From assembly GCA_017626355.1 (NCBI GenBank), contig JAGAIY010000012.1, forward strand, positions 1,876 through 65,875: a DNA stretch of 64,000 bases, given 5' to 3'. Below are positions 21,041-29,893 of this stretch, in pieces; position 1 is the stretch's first letter, and every line of letters begins with the position of its first letter. The translations under genes and the position numbers were made by a program. Origin of the DNA: Bacteroidales bacterium. Lineage in GTDB: Bacteria; Bacteroidota; Bacteroidia; Bacteroidales; UBA932. The notes under the pieces are model-generated. The model did not search any database. It saw only the letters and a list, made by a program, of their open reading frames with translations, and was not told the DNA's origin.

Positions 21041-23458
21041 TTAAAGAAGCGTCACCTTTGTACACTTCACATTGTCACCGTTCAACAGGAATGTTCCTCC
21101 CCACCAGCCCTGTGTGAAGGCTGCGTTGAGAATATCCTGAGTCAATACAAGCTCAATCTTGCCACCGTTGGCTTCAAGGTCATATTCAGTGAATTTACCG
21201 TTCTCAGTGTCACTACCTACTGCACATACACTCATATATGTAGGACCCCAATGGCCTTCCACAACCTCGACTTTCCAATCAGCCTCAAGAGGCTCGATGT
21301 AGAAATAGACGCTCTGACCTGCCTTGGCATCTGCCGCCTGAAGTTCAAGACCTGCATCTGAAAGCAGGTATGGCTGATTGGCCCAGTCGTCAGCCAGGAC
21401 TTCACCTTCCCAAAGGATTGTCTCGGATATACCGTACTGGATGAGAGAGATACCTGTGATGGTAACGTTCTCTCCCTGGCAGAGGAATGCACCTCCCCAA
21501 CCCTGAACAGATGTCACCTGTGCAAGAACAGCGTCAGTAACTTCGAATGTGAAGTAGCCCATTGACGCATCCCAGTTGCTCTGCGATACTGTATGAGTGT
21601 TGCCGAGCTCAGGAAGAACGAGGTTACCCCAGTGACCGTCGATAACCTGGAACTGCCAGAAAGCAGAAGGATCGTTGACAGTGAAGTATACTCTGATCAT
21701 ATCACCGGTTGCGATACCGAGCTGAGTGAATGCATCCTCAGCACCGAAATATGGCTGGTTGCTCCAAGAACCGAGGTTCTCGCTGCCCTGCCAGATGTAT
21801 GCCTCTGTGTAAGACGCAGTCACTTCAAACGGAACGCCCCAAGTGACGGTCTCGCCTGTAACAAGTGAAATTACAAGACGGTAAACACCAGGACCGAGGT
21901 CTTCAGGAACCTTGAAAGCTATCTCATTTTCGTTTCTGCTTGTATATTCTGTCACCTGAACATCATCGATGGTGATGTTTGCAATATTGACAAGACCTGT
22001 ACCGGTCATCCTGAACTCAGAACCAAGAGAAGCCGAAAGGGTCTCGATGTTGATGTTCAGAACTCCGTCATAATTGATCTTGATCTCATTTGTAACAGTC
22101 TCATACTTTGCAGCAGAAGTAGCCACAAGCACACCTGTAGCGGCAATCTCATTCACTGTAACAACAAGCTCGCCCTCAGTTGCTGAAACGACAGCACACT
22201 CGACTTCCGAAAGATTATCCTTGATGATAACCTTTGTAACGAGGTCAAGGTCGGTTCCCTTGACGGTGAGATCCTTTCCAGCCACAGCCTCAGCAGGTAC
22301 AGAAGCCTGATCGATCACCGGCTTCACGACCTCGACACTTCCTACAGTGACGGTCTTGCCGTTTGCAAGGCCGACAACCACATCACCGTCAGCAGATTCT
22401 GCCGGAACGGTAACAGTGATCTTTTCAGCAGTCACAGCGAATGAAGCATCTACACCCGATACCTTTACGCTTGTTACCAGATCAAGATCCTTACCTGTAA
22501 TGAAAGCGTTGAGACCTGCCTTGTAACGTGACTCGGCCGCTACCTTGAGCTCTGAAGGAAGGAGAGTCTCATATGCACCTGCATTGTGTGCGACTCCTGC
22601 ATATGAAACAGCAACAAGGTCACCCTCTACTGCTGTAGCAGGAAGAACTGCAACGAGGCTCTTTCCGTCCTCGGCTACGGTGAACTCAGCGTTGACTCCG
22701 CCGAAGTTCACACTCTGAATCATATTGAGATATTCACCACTAACTGTAACGTTTGCGCCTGACTTGAGGACGCCTCTGTCTGCCTCTTTTACGGTAGGCT
22801 CACCGATTACGAGTTCCTCCTTTGAAGGAACATTATTAGGAATAAGACCGTCAGGATTGTTGTTCTCGTCCACATCACTGATAGTTATGACACCTGTAAC
22901 AGCGTCTGACGGAACGATGAACTTAAGCTCGCGACGGCTTTTTGCTGTGATCTGATCACCTGTGACATAGACATTGCCACCAAGCACGATCTGCTGCACA
23001 TTGTAGAGATAATCACCTTTGACGGTAACCTCATCACCAGGCATTGCAGATGCAGGTGAGAATGAATCAAAGGCAATACCCTCTGTGAAGGTAATGTCAG
23101 TCGTACTCTTGTATGTCTTGCCCGAATCGTCAACAATGACAACCGGACCTGTCACGGAAGCATCTTCCGCTCCGGCTGCCGGCACGACAACGCGGATCTC
23201 GCTGACTCTTCCTGTAGAGACAACCTCAATGTCTGAAATAGGCTCTGAACCAGGAATCTGCACCTCGACAACCCTGTCGAGATTACTACCCATGATACGA
23301 AGTTCCGCTCCACGGACTACCGGATTTGGGGCGAAAGCACCGAATACTACTGAATCATCAGAGAACTGGTCTGTCGAAATCTCTTCACGAGTACAAGAGA
23401 TTACTCCGATGAGAGAGCAAAGGGCTAGAAGTGCTGAAAACTTGAATATATTTTTCAT
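21041..23458 (-). CDS. Surface glycan-binding lipoprotein with IPT/TIG repeats and a duplicated C-terminal module
   Basis: Lipobox VISC; repeated I-x-G-x-x-L-x-x-V motifs; position downstream of susD. Confidence 0.75.
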   Translation of the reverse strand: MKNIFKFSALLALCSLIGVISCTREEISTDQFSDDSVVFGAFAPNPVVRGAELRIMGSNLDRVVEVQIPGSEPISDIEVVSTGRVSEIRVVVPAAGAEDASVTGPVVIVDDSGKTYKSTTDITFTEGIAFDSFSPASAMPGDEVTVKGDYLYNVQQIVLGGNVYVTGDQITAKSRRELKFIVPSDAVTGVITISDVDENNNPDGLIPNNVPSKEELVIGEPTVKEADRGVLKSGANVTVSGEYLNMIQSVNFGGVNAEFTVAEDGKSLVAVLPATAVEGDLVAVSYAGVAHNAGAYETLLPSELKVAAESRYKAGLNAFITGKDLDLVTSVKVSGVDASFAVTAEKITVTVPAESADGDVVVGLANGKTVTVGSVEVVKPVIDQASVPAEAVAGKDLTVKGTDLDLVTKVIIKDNLSEVECAVVSATEGELVVTVNEIAATGVLVATSAAKYETVTNEIKINYDGVLNINIETLSASLGSEFRMTGTGLVNIANITIDDVQVTEYTSRNENEIAFKVPEDLGPGVYRLVISLVTGETVTWGVPFEVTASYTEAYIWQGSENLGSWSNQPYFGAEDAFTQLGIATGDMIRVYFTVNDPSAFWQFQVIDGHWGNLVLPELGNTHTVSQSNWDASMGYFTFEVTDAVLAQVTSVQGWGGAFLCQGENVTITGISLIQYGISETILWEGEVLADDWANQPYLLSDAGLELQAADAKAGQSVYFYIEPLEADWKVEVVEGHWGPTYMSVCAVGSDTENGKFTEYDLEANGGKIELVLTQDILNAAFTQGWWGGTFLLNGDNVKCTKVTLL

Positions 23459-23475
23459 AATGTTTCCCTTTTAAA

Positions 23476-24783
23476 TTATTTTACAGGAACTGCACGGAGG
23501 TTGTCGATCCTGAAGACCGGAGTACATTCTGTACCGGCTACACCACCGTTCCAAGCCCAGATCACGAATGACGCGAAATCCTCTGGCTTAGAAAGAGGAA
23601 CTGCACCTGCAGAACCGTTTGCATTGTATGTAAACTCTGAGAATGGAACTGTAACAGTTATCCACTTGTCACCTGTGTCGAACGAGCCTGTTGTCTCCCA
23701 TGGACGATAGAGTCCGCGGCAGAGGTCAGGACCGCCGTCAGCAGAAGTGTGGAGGAACGTATTGTTCTGCCATGAATCGTTCGCAGCCTTGTCGGCGCTA
23801 CAGAAGATCAGCTGTATCGCACCTGACATCCAAGGATTGCTTGAAGGGATGCAGAGTTCGAACTTGAGGGCCATGTTCTGGAAGTTAGTGAAGTCGATGA
23901 TGTTGCAAAGAGGAACACCAGCTCCATCTGTAATGCCCATAGGGTCGCCGTTCCAGTTACCGCACCAGAAGTCAATCTTGAAGTCCTCATTCCATCCACC
24001 GTTCGCATCAAGAGGGTTTGCACTCTTGAGCTCTACATAGTTGCCTGAGATACCGCCTTCAGAGCTGTATGTACCGCTGAAGTTCCATCCCTGAGGAACT
24101 ACACCATGGGTGCTGCTTGAATTGTTAGGACCGTCGAAGTCTGTGATGAGACCGCCGCAGAAGTCATGGTAAGAGAATGGTGAGCGTGCTACACCTGACT
24201 CGGTAGTAACCTTGATCTTACCAGGCTTTGCATCTGCAGGAATGGTAAATGTAACCTCAGTCATCGATACGCTCTTGAACGAAGTCACCTCAGCACCGTT
24301 TCCATCCTCGAAGACGAGGCTCATAGGCTCTGCAAAATAGTTACCGTATACAGTCACATCTTTTCCAGGCTGCTGGAACTCGCAAGACATAGACTTGATT
24401 ACAGGAGCAGGAAGCAGCACCTTGAAATCATAAGCAAGCGTGTCCAGACCCTTTGTGATCATATAGACCTTGTCGGTCTTTACCTTAGGAAGGTTGCCCG
24501 GTACTGCTGCCACGAGAGTGTTCTCGGTCATGAAGCTTGTATTAAGGACAGCCCTCTGGTCGTTGAAATAAAGCTCGCGCACGCTGCAGAGGTTTTCACC
24601 CACGAAGCATACGACCTCGCCCATGAATGCCTGCTCGATGAGCACGTCACGGTCTGCATACCTCACATACTGCACGGTAGGCTGGCCGTCAGCAAGCACG
24701 AATGCATCAGGATAGTCCTCACATGAAGCGAAGCCCAATGCGGCTGCTGCCAATAGCATTATGTTTCTGATATATTTTTTCAT
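23476..24783 (-). CDS. SGBP-B-like surface glycan-binding lipoprotein
   Basis: Lipobox FASC; IPT-like N-terminus; ALKFE..W and WITVTVPFSEF motifs; directly after susD. Confidence 0.75.
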   Translation of the reverse strand: MKKYIRNIMLLAAAALGFASCEDYPDAFVLADGQPTVQYVRYADRDVLIEQAFMGEVVCFVGENLCSVRELYFNDQRAVLNTSFMTENTLVAAVPGNLPKVKTDKVYMITKGLDTLAYDFKVLLPAPVIKSMSCEFQQPGKDVTVYGNYFAEPMSLVFEDGNGAEVTSFKSVSMTEVTFTIPADAKPGKIKVTTESGVARSPFSYHDFCGGLITDFDGPNNSSSTHGVVPQGWNFSGTYSSEGGISGNYVELKSANPLDANGGWNEDFKIDFWCGNWNGDPMGITDGAGVPLCNIIDFTNFQNMALKFELCIPSSNPWMSGAIQLIFCSADKAANDSWQNNTFLHTSADGGPDLCRGLYRPWETTGSFDTGDKWITVTVPFSEFTYNANGSAGAVPLSKPEDFASFVIWAWNGGVAGTECTPVFRIDNLRAVPVK

Positions 24784-24795
24784 ATCCTTGGTTCA

Positions 24796-26622
24796 TTAGA
24801 AGTTGTAAACATACTCTGTTCGCACATCCACAGGCTGTGCAGGCTCGAGAAGGTGCTTGTTGAAGACAACGTCCTCTGCTGGGAGAGGAAGGGTGAAGAT
24901 GTTCTCGTTCACATATGTCGAACGTGCAGGATCATCCTCGTTGTACTTGACTTCGCTTTCGAAATCGGTCTTCCACTCTGCCTTTGACGGATCGAATGCG
25001 GTAAGATCCTCAGGAATATTCTCAAGAGTACCGCCGCAACCGGTGTACCAGTAGTTCTTGCATGCCTGGTCGTAGTTGTACACTGAGTTCATCTTCTGAG
25101 ACTTGAGGTCTTCCATTGCAGCAGTCTTGTCGTAGTATGCAAGACGTACATAGTCGTACCAGCGGTCACCCTCACCGGCAAGCTCGAGACGACGCTCCTT
25201 CCAGATGTCATCGAAGGTAACAGATGCAAGAGCATCTACACCTGCACGCTCACGGATGGCATTCGTATACTGAAGAGCCTTCGCAGCATTTCCGGTAAGG
25301 AGATTAGCCTCTGCACAGATGAGATATACATCACCGAGACGGAGAAGGTGGGTAGGAAGCTGATATGACATTCTTGCAGCAGAGAAGCCGAGAGCGGCCT
25401 CATGGTCTGCACCGTCACCGAAGAGGTGCTTCACGTTCTGCATTCCGCAAGGACCTTCGAACTGAGCTGGAACGCCGTAGCTTGCATAATCAGTATCGCC
25501 GCTGTAGAGGAAATACAGATAATCGAAGCCCTTGTTTCCGGTCTTTGTTGACTTGGTTGTCCAGAAATATGGATAAACGTCACCTGCCATCATCATCGTT
25601 GCCTGACGACGGGTATCCTTTTCGTTTGCAAGTCCAGCAGGACCTTTGACAGGATCCACGCCGAATGCGAGAGCAAGGTCGTAAGAAGGACCGCCCCAGC
25701 CGCCCCACATATCACCGAACTCGCTGAAGCCTTCGAAGATAAGGTCCGACTGAAGGGTGTTCTGAGCTGTCCATCTTCCTGATGTACACTCCCACTGCCA
25801 AGCGATGAGGCTCTCACCTGTAGCGTTGTGTACGCTTGGAGCAAGACGGAAGATGTCGGAATATACAGGAGTAAGAGAACGTCCTGAGTTGAGGATCACA
25901 TCTTCAGCATATGCTGCCGCCTTCTGGAGGTCATCATTGTTGAGAGTACCTGAAAGTCCGGCACGGGTAAGATGTACCTTTGCAAGAAGGGCCTCGGCTG
26001 CATAGTAGTCGATACGGCCGTTCCAGCCTGAAGTCTGCTTAGGAAGAAGCTCCATAGCCTTCTCGAGAGTCATCACGATGTACTCGTAAATGCTGGCTCT
26101 GTCCGCCTTGTAGAGGTCGTTGTATGTACCTGAAGTAAGGATGGCGTTGTTGTCATGGACGATAGGAATCTCACCGAAGGTTCTTACCATATAGAAATAA
26201 GCCATAGCCTTCCATGTGAGAGCCTCGCCGATAGCCTTATTCTTTCCGGCCTGTGAAGGGCCTTCAGAATTGAGGACATTGGTGATTACGGTGTTGGCAT
26301 GACCGTTCACTGCCCAGAGAGAGTAGGACATGTTGACAAGGTCGCCGTCTGTACCGTTAGTAGTGAAGGTCATATATGGAGATGAACCCCAGTACATGTT
26401 TCCTGACATAACCTCACCGATCTTGATGAAGGCACGCTGGAAGTCGTACCATGGAGAGTTGTAGAGGTAGTTTACTCCCTGCTCAAGCTGCTCGTCGGTC
26501 TTGTAGAAATTGTCTACGTTATAATTGTCTTCGGTAGGACGGTTCAGGAAGTCCTGGCAAGAAGCCATGCTCAAGGCAAGGACGCCTACCATCGCACCTT
26601 TGAATATATTCTGTAGTTTCAT
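24796..26622 (-). CDS. susD: SusD/RagB family lipoprotein
   Basis: SCQDFL lipobox, FGEIP, LRLGDVYL, ERRLELAGEGDRWYD. Confidence 0.93.
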   Translation of the reverse strand: MKLQNIFKGAMVGVLALSMASCQDFLNRPTEDNYNVDNFYKTDEQLEQGVNYLYNSPWYDFQRAFIKIGEVMSGNMYWGSSPYMTFTTNGTDGDLVNMSYSLWAVNGHANTVITNVLNSEGPSQAGKNKAIGEALTWKAMAYFYMVRTFGEIPIVHDNNAILTSGTYNDLYKADRASIYEYIVMTLEKAMELLPKQTSGWNGRIDYYAAEALLAKVHLTRAGLSGTLNNDDLQKAAAYAEDVILNSGRSLTPVYSDIFRLAPSVHNATGESLIAWQWECTSGRWTAQNTLQSDLIFEGFSEFGDMWGGWGGPSYDLALAFGVDPVKGPAGLANEKDTRRQATMMMAGDVYPYFWTTKSTKTGNKGFDYLYFLYSGDTDYASYGVPAQFEGPCGMQNVKHLFGDGADHEAALGFSAARMSYQLPTHLLRLGDVYLICAEANLLTGNAAKALQYTNAIRERAGVDALASVTFDDIWKERRLELAGEGDRWYDYVRLAYYDKTAAMEDLKSQKMNSVYNYDQACKNYWYTGCGGTLENIPEDLTAFDPSKAEWKTDFESEVKYNEDDPARSTYVNENIFTLPLPAEDVVFNKHLLEPAQPVDVRTEYVYNF

Positions 26623-26641
26623 ATTCTTTCTTTTTTAAGGA

Positions 26642-29600
26642 TTAGAATGTAAGGCTTACACCGAATGAATATGTGGTAGGAGATGGGTAACGTCCGTTAT
26701 CCACACCATAAGCATATCCTGATGAGTCCTGTGTTGAAGCACCGACCTCAGGGTCATATCCTGAATACTTTGTGAAAGTATAGAGGTTCTGGATGTTGCA
26801 GTAGAGACGGATGTTGTCGAACTTGATCTTCTGCATCCACTTCTTAGGGAAGGTGTAACCGAGGGTGAGGTTCTTGATACGGAGGTATGAGCCATCCTCG
26901 ATGTAACGTGTGCTGAGACGGTCGTTGTCGTTAGGGTCTGAAAGGGTCGGACGAGGAGTCTTTGTTCCTGAGTTGACAACCTTCACGTTTGTGATGTCAT
27001 CATACCATCCGCCGCTTTCATAAACCTTGTCAGGATCGATAGGAGCAAGCTGCGCCCTGTCTGCAATTGCAGTCGCATTCTGGTTCACCCAAGCCGATCT
27101 CATTGAAGCGAGACCGCCTGAAGGACCGTTCATGAGGCTGTAGTTGAGCACCTTGTTGCCGTATGATCCGTTAAGGAAGATATTGAGGTCGAAGCCCTTG
27201 TAACGGAAGGTGTTGTTCCATCCGAAGGTGAACTTAGGAAGCGGGCTACCGATGTCTGTACGGTCCTGCTCGTCGATCTTTCCGTCCACGTTGATATCCT
27301 TGTACTTGAGGTCACCGACCCATACTGTATTCGAGCGGTTGTATACACCGTTTGAAGGGTGCTTTGCTGTCTTCGGAGAGTTCTCGATATCCTCAAGAGA
27401 CTCGTATACGCCCTCGACTACATAACCGTAGAAGTTGTAGAGAGGCTTTCCGATCTCTGATACGCAGACAACGTCGCTCCACTGTCCGTAACCCACGATG
27501 CTGGCAGCAGTAGTTCCGCTGAGAGCCTTGAGGGTGTTGCGGTTGAATGAAATCTGGAAGTTGCTGTCCCACTGGAACTCACCTACGAAAGGATGGGCGT
27601 CGAGAGTGATCTCGAGACCCTTGTTCTCGATGCTTCCGAAGTTACCCTTAGGAGCAGAAAGAACTGATGAGCCGTTACCCTGGGTACCCATGTATGAAGG
27701 AAGCTGCATAGACATGAGCATGTCCTCCGACACCTTCTTATAGAGGTCGACTACGAGACCGAGTCTGTCATGGAAGAAGCCCAGGTCGAGACCTATGTTC
27801 CACTGAGTCTGAGACTCCCACTGTACCGCTGTGTTGGCGATGTTGCCAGGACGGTAACCTGCTCCGAGAGCCGAGTCCATAGGAACGATTGAAGAACCCC
27901 ATGCATAGCCTCCGATATTTGAGTTACCTGTCTGTCCCCAGCCGAGACGAACCTTACCGTTGCTGAGCCAGTTGCTTGCTCCCTCGAGCCAAGGCTCGTT
28001 GTTGAAGCGCCATGAACCTGCAACAGAGTGGAAACCTGCCCAACGGTTCTCAGGACCGAAGTTTGACGAACCGTCATAACGGTATGTATAGGTCAGGTAA
28101 TATCTCTGGTCGTAGTTATAGGTCTCACGGGTGAAGACAGAAGCCATAGCTGCACTTCCGAATCCTGAACCGATGGTAGGAGTTCCTGCTCCGAGTGAAG
28201 GATTGTGAACTGCATCAGAAGGAAGCTTGGTGTTGTAGACGCTCTGATACTCCCAGCTTGACTCCCACATTTCATGACCGACCATCGCCGACATGCTGTG
28301 CTTGCCCCACTGGTTTGCATAAGTGAGGTAGTTCTTGAGCTGCCAGTAGAGATTGGTGTTGTTCTGCCACCTGATCTCGTTGTTGCCGCGCTGCCAGTTT
28401 CCGAGGTCGACCATAGGTTCATAAGTCTCTGACTTGCTGTGGCTGACGTCGAAACCGAGTTCGGTATGCCATGTAAGGTTCTTGATAGGGTTTACATCAG
28501 CGAAGATGTTACCTGCAAGTTTCTGACGCTTGAGGATGATGTCATCCATCATAGCCATGGCGATAGGGTTGACACGTGCGCCAAGACCCTCGCGTACCTC
28601 TGAAGTGAAGTTTCCGTCAACATCATAGATAGGAATATCAGGAAGACTGTTCAGAGATGAGAACACGATACCTGCCTCACCGTCGGCAAGCTTAAGGTCG
28701 TCCACTGTGTTTGAATAAGTTGCGTTCACACCGAGCTTGAGCCACTTCTTGAGTTGGGCGTCAAGGTTTGTACGTACGCTGAAACGCTCGAAGTTAGAAC
28801 CGATGATGGTACCTTCCTGATCCATGTAAGATCCTGAAACATAGTACTGTACCTTATCGGTACCGCCTGAAGCGGAGATCTGGTGCTGATGCTGGAGAGC
28901 AGTCTGGAAGATTGCATCCTGCCAGTTTGTACCTGCACCGAGAACAGATGGATCGGTATAATATGCATTTGCATCATAGATCTCACCGATCGAAATGAGT
29001 TCATTGTAGAACTCCGCATATTCGCGGAGATTCATCATGTCCACACGTCTGTTCTGCTGTGACACAGCGAACATACCGTCATAAGTGAACTTCGCCTCAC
29101 CTGCCTTACCTCGCTTGGTAGTGATAAGGACTACACCGTTCGCACCCTGAGCACCGTAGATCGCAGTAGCGGAAGCATCCTTGAGGATCTCCATGCTTAC
29201 GATATCGGCAGGGTTGATTGTAGAGAGAGGGGAAATGGTAGATACCGAACCGTTACCGAGGGCATCACCAAGACCGAATGAAGAACCTGAAGCACCGTTG
29301 CCCTGTACGATCACACCGTCGATAACGTAGAGAGGCTCTGCGTTGGCGTTGATGGTAGCCTGACCGCGGACACGGATTGATGATGATGAACCAGGTGCAC
29401 CTGAGGTCTGCACAGCTGTCACACCGGCTGCACGGCCCTGGAGAGTCTGGTCAAGTGAAGAAACGATGGATCCCTTGATGGACTCCTCGTTCATCGAAAC
29501 AGAAGAACCCGAGAGGTCGCTTCTCTTCATCGTACCGTAACCTACGACCACGACTTCGTCGAGAAGCTCTCTGTCTTCTTCGAGAGTAACATTGTAGACA

Positions 29601-29857
29601 TTCTGGCTGCCGACCACAATCTCCACATCCTTGTAACCGATGGAAGAAACGACAACGACAGCTCCCTGAGGAACTCTCAGCGTCCATTTTCCATCCAGAT
29701 CTGTAACGGCACCGTTTTGGGTACCCTTCTCAATGACGCTCGCACCTGCAACAGGGCCCACACCGTCAACGACTGTACCGCTGACAGACTTGGTCTGTGC
29801 CATAAGCGAGAAGCTCAATAAGAGCATCGCCAAGCAAGTAAATAGTTTACTTTTCAT
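26642..29857 (-). CDS. susC: SusC/RagA TonB-dependent transporter
   Basis: LDEVVVVGYG, PLYVIDG, ILKDASATAIYG, GANGVVLITTK, SYLRIKN, GYDPE, C-terminal Phe. Confidence 0.95.
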   Translation of the reverse strand: MKSKLFTCLAMLLLSFSLMAQTKSVSGTVVDGVGPVAGASVIEKGTQNGAVTDLDGKWTLRVPQGAVVVVSSIGYKDVEIVVGSQNVYNVTLEEDRELLDEVVVVGYGTMKRSDLSGSSVSMNEESIKGSIVSSLDQTLQGRAAGVTAVQTSGAPGSSSSIRVRGQATINANAEPLYVIDGVIVQGNGASGSSFGLGDALGNGSVSTISPLSTINPADIVSMEILKDASATAIYGAQGANGVVLITTKRGKAGEAKFTYDGMFAVSQQNRRVDMMNLREYAEFYNELISIGEIYDANAYYTDPSVLGAGTNWQDAIFQTALQHQHQISASGGTDKVQYYVSGSYMDQEGTIIGSNFERFSVRTNLDAQLKKWLKLGVNATYSNTVDDLKLADGEAGIVFSSLNSLPDIPIYDVDGNFTSEVREGLGARVNPIAMAMMDDIILKRQKLAGNIFADVNPIKNLTWHTELGFDVSHSKSETYEPMVDLGNWQRGNNEIRWQNNTNLYWQLKNYLTYANQWGKHSMSAMVGHEMWESSWEYQSVYNTKLPSDAVHNPSLGAGTPTIGSGFGSAAMASVFTRETYNYDQRYYLTYTYRYDGSSNFGPENRWAGFHSVAGSWRFNNEPWLEGASNWLSNGKVRLGWGQTGNSNIGGYAWGSSIVPMDSALGAGYRPGNIANTAVQWESQTQWNIGLDLGFFHDRLGLVVDLYKKVSEDMLMSMQLPSYMGTQGNGSSVLSAPKGNFGSIENKGLEITLDAHPFVGEFQWDSNFQISFNRNTLKALSGTTAASIVGYGQWSDVVCVSEIGKPLYNFYGYVVEGVYESLEDIENSPKTAKHPSNGVYNRSNTVWVGDLKYKDINVDGKIDEQDRTDIGSPLPKFTFGWNNTFRYKGFDLNIFLNGSYGNKVLNYSLMNGPSGGLASMRSAWVNQNATAIADRAQLAPIDPDKVYESGGWYDDITNVKVVNSGTKTPRPTLSDPNDNDRLSTRYIEDGSYLRIKNLTLGYTFPKKWMQKIKFDNIRLYCNIQNLYTFTKYSGYDPEVGASTQDSSGYAYGVDNGRYPSPTTYSFGVSLTF

Positions 29858-29893
29858 GTTACTGATTTTAGTGTTAATATTAATATGTTGTGT

